A DNA stretch of 38,804 bases from assembly GCA_035644895.1 (NCBI GenBank), contig DASQNQ010000026.1:1-38804 (forward strand). Direction: 5' to 3'. Shown here piece by piece: positions 1-9,902 of the stretch. Positions within the stretch are counted from its first letter, which is position 1; each line of letters opens with the position of its first letter. The notes below the pieces were generated by a model, which was not told the DNA's origin, made no database searches, and saw only the letters and a list, made by a program, of their open reading frames with translations. This DNA comes from Acetobacteraceae bacterium. Lineage in GTDB: Bacteria > Pseudomonadota > Alphaproteobacteria > Acetobacterales > Acetobacteraceae. Both the position numbers and the translations under genes were made by a program.

Positions 1-841
1 CCGGCACCGCCAGGCCATGCGCGATGAACAGCCCGACCGGCGGCCACGCGATGCCCTGCTGCTCGGCGATCCGGCGCGAGACGCCAGCGGGCAGCGGGTA
101 GGAGTTGGCGATCCAGACCGCGCCGATGACGGCGGCGCAGGCGAGCCCCGCGATCGTCGCCTCGGCCCAGGCCGGCCGCACCGGGAAGCCGAACCCCATG
201 CGCCGCCGCCGCGCGAATCCGATCGCGGCGAGGATCGCCACGCACGCGACGGCGCCCAGGATCCAGGACGCCGTCTCCCCGATCGCGCCCTGGATGCCGC
301 CGCCCAGCATGCGGAAGCGGCCATCCATCGGCGCGACGGTCTGCCCCTGTGTGACCCACCAGGCCGATCCCCGCCAGATCAGCAGCCCGCCCAGCGTGAC
401 GATGAAGGAGGGAATGGCGAGGTAGGCCACCAGCGCCCCCTGCGCGAGCCCGATGGCGCCGCCGACCAGCACCGCCGCCGTGACCGCGATGAGCCAGGTG
501 GCCGGGTGCTCCAGCCCGAGCAATTCGGGCAGCAGCCGCGCCTGCAGCACGCCCACCAGCATGCCGGTGACGCCGAGGATGGCGCCGACCGACAGGTCGA
601 TGTTGCGCGTGACGATGACCAGCACCATGCCGCAGGCCATCACCGCGATCGAGGCGGTCTGGACCGACAGGTTCCAGAGGTTCCTTGGCGTGAGGAACGC
701 CCCGCCCGATAGCAGGTCGAAGCCCACCCAGATGACCGCGAGCGCGCCGAGCATGCCGAGCAGGCGCGGATCCACCTCCAGCGCGCGGAGCACCGATCCG
801 CGGGCCGCCGGCCTCTCCGCGACCTGCCCGGCCGCGCTCAC
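1..841 (-). CDS. xylH: Sugar (D-xylose-type) ABC transporter permease, 3' end beyond window
   Basis: Not in the ORF track; translated by hand. GTG at 841 overlaps the xylF stop (GTGA) and gives [11 protein letters not shown]...[38 protein letters not shown], with the IDLSVG motif of RbsC/XylH permeases. Confidence 0.88.
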   Translation of the reverse strand, partial: MSAAGQVAERPAARGSVLRALEVDPRLLGMLGALAVIWVGFDLLSGGAFLTPRNLWNLSVQTASIAVMACGMVLVIVTRNIDLSVGAILGVTGMLVGVLQARLLPELLGLEHPATWLIAVTAAVLVGGAIGLAQGALVAYLAIPSFIVTLGGLLIWRGSAWWVTQGQTVAPMDGRFRMLGGGIQGAIGETASWILGAVACVAILAAIGFARRRRMGFGFPVRPAWAEATIAGLACAAVIGAVWIANSYPLPAGVSRRIAEQQGIAWPPVGLFIAHGLAVP

Positions 842-1884
842 GTGCAGGCGGGGGTGCGGCCGGCCTGCACGCCCTGGCAGACCGCGGCGCGCGGCGCCCA
901 GCCGGCGTCGATCACCGTGCCGAGGTTCTCGCGGTTGATGGCGACGGGGCGCAGGAACAGCGCCGTCATGTTGGCGCGCGACGGGCCCTGGTTCCACTGC
1001 GTGGCGCCCGGCACCTCGGACAGGCGCGCGCCACCCGCCAGGCGCAGCGCGATCTCCGCGGCGTTCCGGCCGAGTTCCCGTGCGTCCTTCCAGACCGTCA
1101 TGGTCTGCGTGCCCTGCGCGATGCGGTTCAGCGCCGCGCGGTCCGCATCCTGGCCCGAGACGGGCACCTGGCCCGCGAGCCCCTGCGCCGCGAGCGCCGC
1201 GATGGCACCCCCCGCCGTGCCGTCATTGGCCGCGATCACGGCATCAACGCGGTTGCCGTTGCGCGTCAGGATCTGCTCCATGTTGCGCTGCGCGTTGGCG
1301 GGCAGCCAGCCATCGGTGAAGGCCTCGCCCACGTTGCGGATGCGGCCTGCCTGGATGGCGGGCTGCAGCACCTCCATGCTGCCCTGGAACAGGAAGTTGG
1401 CGTTCGGGTCGGCGGAGGAGCCCTTGATGAAGGCGTAGTTGCCCTCGGGCTTCGCGGCCTGGACCGCGCGCGCCATCAGGCGCCCGACCTCGACGTTGTC
1501 GAAGGTGAGATAGAACGCCTGCGGGATCTCGATCAGGCGGTCGTAGCCCACGACGGCCACGCCCTCGTTCACCGCGCGTTCCACCGCGGGGCGGATGGCC
1601 TGGGCATCCTGCGCCAGCACGATCAGCGCGCGCACGCCGCGCGCGAGCAGGCTTTCGATGTCGGTGAGCTGCTTCGCCGGGGAGGACTGCGCGTCGGCCG
1701 AGAGATAGGTGGCGCCGCCCGCGCGCAGCGCGGCCTGGATCGCCGCCTCGTCGGTCTTCCAGCGCTCCTCCTGGAAGTTGGACCAGGACACGCCGACGGA
1801 CATGCCGCGCTGCGCGCGCACCAGGCCCGGGACTGCAAGCGTGGCCGCACCGAACCCGGCGGCCAGGACGTGACGACGGCGCAT
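838..1884 (-). CDS. xylF: D-xylose ABC transporter substrate-binding protein
   Basis: [30 protein letters not shown] and QTMTVWKD motifs of the XylF/ChvE family. ATG at 1884 follows a GGGAGGGG RBS. Twin-arginine-like signal MRRRHVL. Confidence 0.9.
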   Translation of the reverse strand: MRRRHVLAAGFGAATLAVPGLVRAQRGMSVGVSWSNFQEERWKTDEAAIQAALRAGGATYLSADAQSSPAKQLTDIESLLARGVRALIVLAQDAQAIRPAVERAVNEGVAVVGYDRLIEIPQAFYLTFDNVEVGRLMARAVQAAKPEGNYAFIKGSSADPNANFLFQGSMEVLQPAIQAGRIRNVGEAFTDGWLPANAQRNMEQILTRNGNRVDAVIAANDGTAGGAIAALAAQGLAGQVPVSGQDADRAALNRIAQGTQTMTVWKDARELGRNAAEIALRLAGGARLSEVPGATQWNQGPSRANMTALFLRPVAINRENLGTVIDAGWAPRAAVCQGVQAGRTPACT

Positions 1885-1986
1885 TCGGCGCTCCCCTCCC
1901 TTGTGCTTGGCACCGAGTGAAGTGCGACCGCCCCAGGTGCCGTCAAGCATCCGCGCCGGCCGCGCGGTCAACATCGCGTGGCGGGC

Positions 1987-2190
1987 TCAGCGGCGGAGGC
2001 GCCGGATCAGCGCCGCCAGCAGCATCAGGAACAGGCCGAGCGCGACCAGGCCATGCGTCCACGGGTCCGCGCGCACGGCCGCGAACGCCGCGGCCGGCAC
2101 CCACAGGATCGCGTCCCAGCCGAAGACCTGCGCCGCGAGGCCGAGCGCCACCAGCACGGCCCCGATGGTCCAGAGCAACCTTGCGGGCAT
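1987..2190 (-). CDS. Small hypothetical membrane protein (67 aa)
   Basis: ATG at 2190 with GGGAGGGG RBS. MPARLLWTIGAVLVALGLAAQVFGW...GLVALGLFLMLLAALIRRLRR has hydrophobic helices and a basic tail, and fills the gap between Bug and xylF. Confidence 0.7.
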   Translation of the reverse strand: MPARLLWTIGAVLVALGLAAQVFGWDAILWVPAAAFAAVRADPWTHGLVALGLFLMLLAALIRRLRR

Positions 2191-2243
2191 CCATCCCCCT
2201 CCCGGAACGGAGGGGGAGACGCGGCGGGCGCCGGAAGGTTGCG

Positions 2244-3221
2244 TCAGTCCAGCCGCGCGCCCGAGACCTGCACCACCCCACGCCACATCGGCCGCTCGCG
2301 CGCCGCGCGCTCGGCCACTGCATCCCGCGTGCTGCCCACCGCGCGCGCGCCGGCGCGCAGGAAGCGCTCCTGCATCGAGGGCTCGGCCGCGATCTCGCGC
2401 ATCAGCGTGCTGGCGCGGTTCACGATCTCGGCCGGGACGCCGGCGGGGAAGGCCATGGCGCACCAGGAGGTCACGACGAAGTCGGGCACGCCGGCCTCGG
2501 CCATGGTCGGCACGTCGGGCAGCGTGGGCCAGCGCTCGGCCGACGTCACCGCGAGCGCACGCATCCGCCCTTCCTGGATCACCGGCACGTAGGAGGCGAG
2601 GTTGTCGAGGGCGAAGTTCACGTCGCCCGACAGCATCGCCGGGATGGTCTGCGCCGCCCCGCGGAAGGGCACGTGGACACCCTCGATGTTCAGACGCGAG
2701 GTGAGCAGCGCGCCCGAGAGGTGGGGCGTGGTGCCGACACCGGGCGAGCCATAGGCGACGCCGCCGCGGCGCGCCCGCGCCCAGGCGATGAACTCCTGCA
2801 GGGTGGTCGCCGGCACGTGCTGCGCCGGCACGGCGAGGACGTTCGGCAACTCCCAGTGCATGGAGATGGGCTGGAAGTCGCGCTCCGGGTCGAAGGGCAG
2901 GCGGCTGTAGAGGTACTGGTTGATGGACCAGGCGCCCACCGTGAGCGAGCCCAGGGTGTAGCCGTCGGGCGCCGCCTTCGCGAGGGCGTCCGCCCCGATG
3001 TTGCCGCCCGCGCCCGGCCGGTTCTCGACCACGAAGGTCTGGCCGAGCCGCGTCTGCATCTGCTCGGCCAGCAGCCGCGCCAGCACGTCGGTCGAGCCGC
3101 CCGGCGGCCAGGGCACGATCACGCGGACCGGGCGGTTGGGCCAGGCGGACCCTTGGGCAAGCGCCGGAAGCGCGAGCGAGGCGAGGGTCGCGCTGAGCAC
3201 GGCGCGGCGGCTGGCGGTCAT
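2244..3221 (-). CDS. Bug/TctC-family tripartite tricarboxylate transporter substrate-binding protein
   Basis: WPNRPVRVIVPWPPGGSTD, VVENRPGAGG, APDGYTL, HVPFRG and LPDVPTMAE motifs; twin-arginine-like signal; GGAGGA RBS. Confidence 0.93.
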   Translation of the reverse strand: MTASRRAVLSATLASLALPALAQGSAWPNRPVRVIVPWPPGGSTDVLARLLAEQMQTRLGQTFVVENRPGAGGNIGADALAKAAPDGYTLGSLTVGAWSINQYLYSRLPFDPERDFQPISMHWELPNVLAVPAQHVPATTLQEFIAWARARRGGVAYGSPGVGTTPHLSGALLTSRLNIEGVHVPFRGAAQTIPAMLSGDVNFALDNLASYVPVIQEGRMRALAVTSAERWPTLPDVPTMAEAGVPDFVVTSWCAMAFPAGVPAEIVNRASTLMREIAAEPSMQERFLRAGARAVGSTRDAVAERAARERPMWRGVVQVSGARLD

Positions 3222-3285
3222 GGGGTTTCCTCCGTTGCGGTTGGACGGAGGATAGGCGGGGCGCGCGGGGTCGGGGAAGGCCGCC

Positions 3286-4194
3286 TCAGGGCCACCGCGC
3301 CTCGGGCGGCAGGGACATCAGGATCGCCTCCACGTTGCCGCCCGTGCGCAGCCCGAACAGCGTGCCGCGGTCGTAGAGCAGGTTGAACTCCACGTAGCGG
3401 CCGCGGCGGACCAGCTGGTGCTCCCGCTCTGCCTCCGTCCATGGCTCGTGCATCCGGCGGCGGATGATGGCGGGGTAGGCGTCGAGGAAGGCGAGGCCCA
3501 CGTCGCGGGTAAAGGCGAAGTCGGCCTCCGCCCCCCTGCCCGGGGTGCGGTCGCCGAGCCAGTCGTAGAAGATGCCGCCGAGGCCCCGGGTCTCGCCCCG
3601 GTTCGGCAGGAAGAAGTACTCGTCGCACCAGGCCTTGAAGCGCGGGTAGTAGGCCGGGTCGTGGCGGTCGCAGGCGGCCTTGAAGGCGGCATGGAAGCTG
3701 GCAGCGTCCTCGAGGCTGTGGGGGGCCGAGAGGTCCATCGGCGTGATGTCGCCGCCGCCGCCGAACCAGGCGCGGCTGGTCGAGATGAAGCGCGTGTTCA
3801 TGTGCGCGGCCGGCACGCGGGGCGAGCGCATGTGGGCCACGAGCGAGACGCCGGTGGCGAGGAAGCGCGGGTCCTCCTCGGCGCCGGGGATCTGCTTGCG
3901 GAACTCGGGCGAGAACTCCCCGAAGACGGTGGAGACGTTGACGCCCACCTTCTCGAACACCCGGCCGCGCATCACGGCCATGGTGCCGCCGCCGCCGCCC
4001 TCCCGCTGCCAGGGCGTCCGGTCGAACCGGCCGGGGGGGAGGTGGGCGTGGGGGCCGGAGGAGAGCTCGTCCTCGATCGCCTCGAAGGCGGCGCAGATGC
4101 GGTCGCGCAGCTCCTCGAACCAGGCGCGGGCCGGGGAGGCGAGCGGGTGGGTGGAGGGATCGGTCCCGGCCGGGGAGGGATGCGGAGCAGTCAT
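3286..4194 (-). CDS. hemF: Oxygen-dependent coproporphyrinogen III oxidase
   Basis: [33 protein letters not shown] and [20 protein letters not shown] motifs. Confidence 0.97.
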   Translation of the reverse strand: MTAPHPSPAGTDPSTHPLASPARAWFEELRDRICAAFEAIEDELSSGPHAHLPPGRFDRTPWQREGGGGGTMAVMRGRVFEKVGVNVSTVFGEFSPEFRKQIPGAEEDPRFLATGVSLVAHMRSPRVPAAHMNTRFISTSRAWFGGGGDITPMDLSAPHSLEDAASFHAAFKAACDRHDPAYYPRFKAWCDEYFFLPNRGETRGLGGIFYDWLGDRTPGRGAEADFAFTRDVGLAFLDAYPAIIRRRMHEPWTEAEREHQLVRRGRYVEFNLLYDRGTLFGLRTGGNVEAILMSLPPEARWP

Positions 4195-4223
4195 CGCAAC
4201 AGTTCCTTACGGTGGCCGGTGGA

Positions 4224-4253
4224 TGGACACCACCCCAACCCTCCCCTTATATG
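4224..4253 (+). promoter_or_regulatory. Putative sigma70-type promoter for petABC
   Basis: TGGACA at 4224-4229, then TTATATG at 4247-4253 (17-18 bp spacer), about 110 bp upstream of petA. Confidence 0.45.
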
Positions 4254-4364
4254 CGCCACCGCGCCAGTGGGGGCAGCGCGCGCAGATGCGCGCCCGCAAG
4301 ACGCGCATTCAATCTGACGGCGGCCGGTGCAGGCGCGGCGCGGCCGGAGAAGGAACGACGAGGC

Positions 4365-4922
4365 ATGGCCGACAACATGGCAGCCGCCCCGATGGCGGAT
4401 GCGGGGACGGGCGGGACCCGCCGCGACTTCCTGAAGCTGACGACCGGCGCCTTCGCGGTTGTGGGCGTGGGCGTGGTCGCCTGGCCCTTCGTCCACTCCA
4501 TGAACCCCTCGCGGGACGTGCTCGCGCTGGCCAGCACCGAGGTGGACCTCACCCCCATCGCGGCCGGCCAGGCCGTGACGGTCATGTGGCGGGGCAAGCC
4601 GGTGTTCGTCCGGCACCGCACGCCGGAAGAGATCCAGCTCGCCCGGTCGGTGCCGCTCTCGGAGCTGAAGGACCCGGCCCCGGACCAGAGCCGCGTGAAG
4701 CGGGACCAGTGGCTGGTCGTTCTGGGCGTGTGCACCCATCTCGGTTGTGTGCCGCTGGGGCAGAAGCCGACCGACGCCCGCGGCAACTTCAATGGCTGGT
4801 TCTGCCCCTGCCATGGCAGCCACTACGACACTTCGGGGCGCATCCGGCTCGGCCCCGCGCCGACCAACCTTGCGGTTCCCGAATACAACTTCACATCCGA
4901 CACGCAGATCCGCATCGGCTGA
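4365..4922 (+). CDS. petA: Ubiquinol-cytochrome c reductase Rieske iron-sulfur subunit
   Basis: TRRDFL Tat signal and CTHLGC / CPCHGS Rieske motifs. ATG at 4365 (alternative 4377). Confidence 0.97.
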   Translation: MADNMAAAPMADAGTGGTRRDFLKLTTGAFAVVGVGVVAWPFVHSMNPSRDVLALASTEVDLTPIAAGQAVTVMWRGKPVFVRHRTPEEIQLARSVPLSELKDPAPDQSRVKRDQWLVVLGVCTHLGCVPLGQKPTDARGNFNGWFCPCHGSHYDTSGRIRLGPAPTNLAVPEYNFTSDTQIRIG

Positions 4923-5000
4923 GGGTAAGGGGCGCGGCGGCGCCGCGCCCGCCCCAAGGCACGACAACCACGTCAGACAACCCCGAGGAGCCTGGTCGTC

Positions 5001-6272
5001 ATGGCCTCCGGCCTTCATGACAGCGAGTTCAAGAACCCGGTGATCCGGTGGGTGGACAGCCGCCTGCCGGTGTTCACCATGATGCAGAAGGAGTACGGGA
5101 CCTTCCCGACTCCGCGCAACTTCAACTACTTCTGGAATTTCGGCGCCCTCGCCATGGTGACGCTCGCGATCATGATCGCGACCGGCATCTTCCTGTCGAT
5201 GAACTACACGCCCCACACGGCCTACGCCTTCGACAGCGTCGAGCGCATCATGCGCGACGTGAACTACGGCTGGCTGCTGCGCTACGTCCACATGAACGGC
5301 GCCAGCATGTTCTTCATCGTGGTCTACATCCACATCTGGCGCGGACTGTACTACGGGTCCTACAAGGCCCCGCGCGAGCTGCTGTGGATGCTCGGCGTCG
5401 TCATCTTCATCCTGATGATGGCCACCGCCTTCATGGGCTACGTGCTGCCCTGGGGCCAGATGTCCTTCTGGGGCGCGACCGTCATCACCAACCTGTTCTC
5501 CGCCGTCCCGATCGTCGGCGACAGCATCGTGACGTGGCTCTGGGGCGGCTTCAGCGTGGACAACCCGACGCTCAACCGCTTCTTCTCGCTGCACTACCTG
5601 CTGCCCTTCGTGATCGCGGGCGTGGTGTTCCTGCACATCGCGGCACTGCACATCACGGGGTCGAACAACCCGCTCGGCATCGACCCGAAGGGGCCGCAGG
5701 ACACGATCCCCTTCCACCCGTACTACACGGTGAAGGACAGCGTCGGCCTGATCGTCTACTTCATCGTCTTCGCGGGCCTCGTCTTCTTCGTGCCCAACAT
5801 GCTGGGCCACCCGGACAACTACATCCAGGCGAACCCGCTGGTGACGCCCGCGCACATCGTGCCGGAGTGGTACTTCCTGCCCTTCTACGCCATCCTCCGC
5901 GCGGTCCCGGACAAGCTCGGCGGCGTGGTGCTGATGTTCGGCGCGATCGCCATCCTGTTCGTGCTGCCCTGGCTCGACACCTCCCCGGTGCGGTCCATGC
6001 GCTTCCGGCCGATCACGCGCATCTTCCTGCTGCTGTGGATGGTGAACTTCTTCGTCCTGACCTGGGTGGGCGCGCAGCCGGCCGAAGGCATCTACGTGCT
6101 GATCGCGCAGTTCGCGACGGCGTACTACTTCGCCTACTTCCTGGTGGTCCTGCCCCTTGCCGGCCGAGTCGAACGGCCGCTGCCGCTGCCCGAGAGCATC
6201 GCCCGGCCCGTCCTGCGCGGCGGCGGCATGATGCCCGTGGGCGCCGCGGCGAAGCCGATGGAGAAGGCCTGA
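5001..6272 (+). CDS. petB: Cytochrome b
   Basis: [33 protein letters not shown] and PEWY motifs. Confidence 0.98.
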   Translation: MASGLHDSEFKNPVIRWVDSRLPVFTMMQKEYGTFPTPRNFNYFWNFGALAMVTLAIMIATGIFLSMNYTPHTAYAFDSVERIMRDVNYGWLLRYVHMNGASMFFIVVYIHIWRGLYYGSYKAPRELLWMLGVVIFILMMATAFMGYVLPWGQMSFWGATVITNLFSAVPIVGDSIVTWLWGGFSVDNPTLNRFFSLHYLLPFVIAGVVFLHIAALHITGSNNPLGIDPKGPQDTIPFHPYYTVKDSVGLIVYFIVFAGLVFFVPNMLGHPDNYIQANPLVTPAHIVPEWYFLPFYAILRAVPDKLGGVVLMFGAIAILFVLPWLDTSPVRSMRFRPITRIFLLLWMVNFFVLTWVGAQPAEGIYVLIAQFATAYYFAYFLVVLPLAGRVERPLPLPESIARPVLRGGGMMPVGAAAKPMEKA

Positions 6273-7051
6273 TGCGTGGCTTGCGTAACCTGGCCGGTGC
6301 CCTCGTCCTGGGCGCCGCCACCCTGATGGGCGCCGCCCCGGCCCGCGCGGCCGGGGAGGCGATCGCCCTGCCGCCCGTGAACTTCTCCTTCGAGGGCGTC
6401 TTCGGCGCCTTCGACCGGGCGTCGCAGCAGCGCGGCTTCCAGGTGTACAAGGAGGTCTGTTCCGCCTGCCACGGCATGCGGCTGCTCTCCTACCGCAACC
6501 TGCTGGAGATCGGGCTGCCCGAGGCGCAGGTCCGCGCCATCGCCGCCGAGTTCCAGGTCGTGGACGGCCCGAACGACCAGGGCGAGATGTTCGAGCGGCC
6601 GGCCCGCCTGTCCGACCGCTTCCGCCGCCCCTTCGCGAACGAGCAGGCGGCGCGCGCGGCGAACAACGGCGCCTACCCGCTCGACCTCTCGGTCATCGCC
6701 AAGGCGCGCGAGGGCGGCGCGGACTACATCTACGCGCTGCTGACCGGCTACACGGAGCCGCCCGAGGGCTTCCAGCTCATGGAGGGGATGCACTACAACA
6801 AGTACTTCCCCGGCCACCAGATCGCGATGCCCTCCGTGCTGAACGACGGGCAGGTCGAGTTCGCGGACGGCACGGAGGCCAGCGTCAGCCAGATGGCCCG
6901 CGACATCGCGACCTTCCTCGCCTGGGCGGCGGAGCCCGAGCTCGAGGCGCGGAAGGCGATGGGCGTGCGCATCATCCTGTTCCTGACCGTGCTCGGCGGT
7001 CTGACCTACGCCGTGAAGCGCAAGATCTGGGCGGACGTGAAGGGGCACTGA
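6272..7051 (+). CDS. petC: Cytochrome c1
   Basis: ATG overlaps the petB stop (TGATG). Signal peptide, RGFQVYKEVCSACH heme motif, IAMP axial ligand region and C-terminal TM helix. Confidence 0.97.
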   Translation: MRGLRNLAGALVLGAATLMGAAPARAAGEAIALPPVNFSFEGVFGAFDRASQQRGFQVYKEVCSACHGMRLLSYRNLLEIGLPEAQVRAIAAEFQVVDGPNDQGEMFERPARLSDRFRRPFANEQAARAANNGAYPLDLSVIAKAREGGADYIYALLTGYTEPPEGFQLMEGMHYNKYFPGHQIAMPSVLNDGQVEFADGTEASVSQMARDIATFLAWAAEPELEARKAMGVRIILFLTVLGGLTYAVKRKIWADVKGH

Positions 7052-7077
7052 CCCGCCTGCCCCGGCGCGACGCTGCC

Positions 7078-7105
7078 AAGGGCCGCCTCCCAGGGGCGGC
7101 CCTTT
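7078..7105. terminator. Intrinsic terminator hairpin between convergent petC and regulator
   Basis: AAGGGCCGCC-tcccagg-GGCGGCCCTT, a 10-bp stem ending in a short T run (7103-7105). Confidence 0.7.
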
Positions 7106-7109
7106 CGAT

Positions 7110-7880
7110 TCAGGCGTTCCGCAGCCGCACGGCGAGGGCCGCGACCATCGCGCCCGCCACCTCATCCTGGGCGGACAGGCTGTCCGAAGCCCGGGACTGG
7201 TAGCTCTCGGCCCAGATGGGGGAGACGGAAGGCGCCTCGAGCAGCCGGGCATTCACCCGGAACCTGTCTCCCACCTCCCGCACGCTGCCCTCGATCAGGT
7301 AGCGCGCGCCGAGCGCCCGGGTGACCTGCCCCAGGTCGGCCGCCTGCGCCACGGCCTGGGAGAGGCTGCGCGAGAGCACCTGCAACCCGGGCAGCCGCGC
7401 GAGGCCATTGATCAGCTCCTCGGCCAATCCATCGGCGAAGGCGCGCCCCGCCTCCCCCGGCCCGAGGGTCGCGAAGGGCAGGATGGCCACCGCCGCGGCT
7501 TCCGGGGCCGCCGGCGCGGGAACGTCGAGCAGGTAGCCCCGGCGCGGCACCGTTCGCAGGATCGTCCCGTTCGGGTCCCCGATGGCGCGCCGGATGTCGA
7601 GCACGCACTGCGTCAGGCTGTCATCCGTGACGTGCACGTCCCCCCAGACGGTGTCGAGCAGCCTCTCCCGCGGCACGACCCGTCCTGCCAGCTCCGTCAG
7701 GACCCGCAGGACCTCGAAGGACTTGCGCCGGAGCATCACGGGCGCGCCCGTCTCGTTCAACAGGAGCCCCCGCCCGAGGTCGAGCCGCGCGCGCCCGAGC
7801 CGCAGATAGCCGATGGGGGTCGAGGCATCCATGCCAGGCACGCCGGTCGGGCGCTGCGCGTCAAGGCCAAGCGGGGCCAT
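7110..7880 (-). CDS. OmpR/PhoB-type winged-helix (CadC-like) regulator with TolB-like domain, no TPR tail
   Basis: LRRKSFEVL...RERLLDTVW...VTDDSLTQCVLDIRRAIG...ILRTVPRRGY winged helix, then VAILPF...FADGLAEELINGLAR...YLIEGSVR. GGAGGAGAGGAGG RBS before 7880 (alternative start 7832). Confidence 0.85.
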   Translation of the reverse strand: MAPLGLDAQRPTGVPGMDASTPIGYLRLGRARLDLGRGLLLNETGAPVMLRRKSFEVLRVLTELAGRVVPRERLLDTVWGDVHVTDDSLTQCVLDIRRAIGDPNGTILRTVPRRGYLLDVPAPAAPEAAAVAILPFATLGPGEAGRAFADGLAEELINGLARLPGLQVLSRSLSQAVAQAADLGQVTRALGARYLIEGSVREVGDRFRVNARLLEAPSVSPIWAESYQSRASDSLSAQDEVAGAMVAALAVRLRNA

Positions 7881-8228
7881 GGCGAACCTCCTCTCCTCCG
7901 GCGCCGTCCTGTGGCCATCGCTGGGGTCGGAAGGGGGTCATCGTCTGCTGCTCTCCTTGTCCGATGGAGTGTTCAGGCAACCACCGTGCCGTCCGTCCCC
8001 TGAAGCCCTCGCTGCCCAAGCCGCCCAAACCGCGAGCCGTGCGTTTCGCCACGCATGCCGCGGCGGTCCACCGGCCGGCCCAAGGGGAAACATGCTCGAA
8101 CGGGCGGCACGCCCGGGCATCATCTATTTGCATGAGGCCGCGCTCCGTTCCGCTTCCGTGCCGGATGCGTGGTCCATCCTTGGACGAGCCGGACGCCTCC
8201 GGGGCGCAGCACCGAAGGCTGGGCCGGC

Positions 8229-8840
8229 CTAGCGGCGCGCCGACAGGACGCTGCGGCAGTCCCGTTCGAGCGCATCGGCCCCGGCGCCGAGGGCCAGCAC
8301 CGGCAGGGGCGTCGGCATGGCCGACCCGCCCCAGGCGAGCGCCTCGCAGAACGGCGCGGCGAGCGGTCCCAGCCCGGACATGCCGCCGGTGCGGAACACC
8401 GGCGCGCCTGAGCCGAGCCCGACCTGCGCGAGCACGATGCCTGCGAGGGCTGCATCATTGCCGAGCGCCGCGCGCGCTGCGGCATCCCCAAGCCCCACCA
8501 GCACGACGGGTCCCGAAACCGCCTGCTCCTCGAGCGCGAGCAGCGCCCCTGGCAGGCTGGGGTACGGCACCTCCATCACGGCTTCCTGCGCCGCGAGCAG
8601 CGAGGCCATGAGGCTGTTGCGCAGCGCCGGCGGGTCGGCCGGGTCGAACAGCAGCACCACCGTCGCCTCGCCCGGCCGCCAACCGGCCGGCAGGCTCAGC
8701 GTCGCGCCGACGGGCGCGGGGCCCGGCAGCACGACCGGGACGTATCGCGTGTACTCGCCCGCCGCGGCGGGCGGACCCGCGAATGGCAGGCCGAGGAGGA
8801 GGGCGCCGAGCAGCGCTCGGGCAGGCGCACGGGCTGGCAT
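8229..8840 (-). CDS. Hypothetical secreted protein (203 aa), degenerate alpha/beta-hydrolase-like
   Basis: C-terminal part of track ORF 8229..10253. ATG at 8840 gives a signal-peptide-like MPARAPARALLGALLLGLPFAGPPAAA and a GPVVLVGLGDAAARAAL segment. Confidence 0.65.
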   Translation of the reverse strand: MPARAPARALLGALLLGLPFAGPPAAAGEYTRYVPVVLPGPAPVGATLSLPAGWRPGEATVVLLFDPADPPALRNSLMASLLAAQEAVMEVPYPSLPGALLALEEQAVSGPVVLVGLGDAAARAALGNDAALAGIVLAQVGLGSGAPVFRTGGMSGLGPLAAPFCEALAWGGSAMPTPLPVLALGAGADALERDCRSVLSARR

Positions 8841-8917
8841 CTTGTCGGCCTTTGTTCCTGGACAGCCGCGCCTTGCGGGCGGCAACCCAAGCGGAGCAGG
8901 GCGGATGGCATACCGTC

Positions 8918-8945
8918 CCGAAAGAACGCCGAAATCACGCCGAAA
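8918..8945. repeat. Three CCGAAA direct repeats at exact 11-bp period
   Basis: CCGAAAgaacg CCGAAAtcacg CCGAAA starting at 8918, 8929 and 8940. Confidence 0.7.
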
Positions 8946-9020
8946 GCGTCTGATCTTCAAGCGATTGCAACGAAGCTGTAGAAGCGTGCCGCACCCCGAA
9001 GCCCCGAGGACCCTTCGACC

Positions 9021-9902
9021 ATGACCGACCAGATCCGCCCCGTCATCGGCCTCATCGGCGGATCCGGCCTCTATGACGTGCCGGGGCTCGAGGACCGGGA
9101 GTGGCGCCGGGTCACGACCCCCTGGGGCGACCCGTCGGACGAGATCCTGTTCGGGCGGATCGGGGAGGTGCCGGTGCGCTTCCTGCCCCGGCACGGCCGT
9201 GGCCACCCGACGCCGCCCTCCGCGCTGAACTACCGGGCGAACATCGACGCCATGAAGCGCGCGGGCTGCACGGAGATCCTGTCGCTGTCCGCCGTCGGCT
9301 CGCTGCGCGAGGACCTGCCGCCGGGCCACTTCGTCATCGTGGACCAGTTCATCGACCGCACCTTCGCGCGCGAGAAGTCCTTCTTCGGCTGTGGCTGCGT
9401 CGCGCATGTCTCCGTGGCCCACCCGGTCTGCGCGCGGCTCGGCGATGCGCTGGAGGGCTCGGCCCGGAAGCTCGGCCTGCCCGTCACGCGCGGCGGCACC
9501 TACCTGGTCATGGAGGGGCCGCAGTTCTCGACCAAGGCCGAGAGCGAGCTCTACCGCCAGTGGGGCTGCAGCGTGATCGGCATGACGAACATGCCGGAGG
9601 CGAAGCTCGCGCGGGAGGCGGAGCTCTGCTACGCGACGGTCGCGATGGTGACGGACTTCGACTGCTGGCACCCGGACCACGACCACGTGACGGTGGACCA
9701 GGTGGTGAAGGTGCTGTTCTCGAACGCAGACAAAGCGCGCGCGCTGGTCGCCGACGTGGTGCCCGCGCTCGGTGCGCGCCGCGGGCCGTGCCCCGCCGGC
9801 TGCGACCGCGCGCTCGACCACGCGCTGATCACGGCGCCCGAGCGGCGCGACCCGGCGCTGCTCGCGAAGCTCGACGCGGTCGCGGGCCGGGTGCTGGCCT
9901 AG
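9021..9902 (+). CDS. mtnP: S-methyl-5'-thioadenosine phosphorylase
   Basis: IGLIGGSG, FLPRHG, NYRANI, MEGPQFST, VIGMT and VTDFDCW motifs. Confidence 0.96.
   Translation: MTDQIRPVIGLIGGSGLYDVPGLEDREWRRVTTPWGDPSDEILFGRIGEVPVRFLPRHGRGHPTPPSALNYRANIDAMKRAGCTEILSLSAVGSLREDLPPGHFVIVDQFIDRTFAREKSFFGCGCVAHVSVAHPVCARLGDALEGSARKLGLPVTRGGTYLVMEGPQFSTKAESELYRQWGCSVIGMTNMPEAKLAREAELCYATVAMVTDFDCWHPDHDHVTVDQVVKVLFSNADKARALVADVVPALGARRGPCPAGCDRALDHALITAPERRDPALLAKLDAVAGRVLA

Noticed and set aside
5048-6271. Apparent 667-aa petC or cytochrome b-c1 fusion
   Set aside because: petB has its own stop at 6272 and petC starts at the overlapping ATG with a signal peptide; the extension is an off-frame run.
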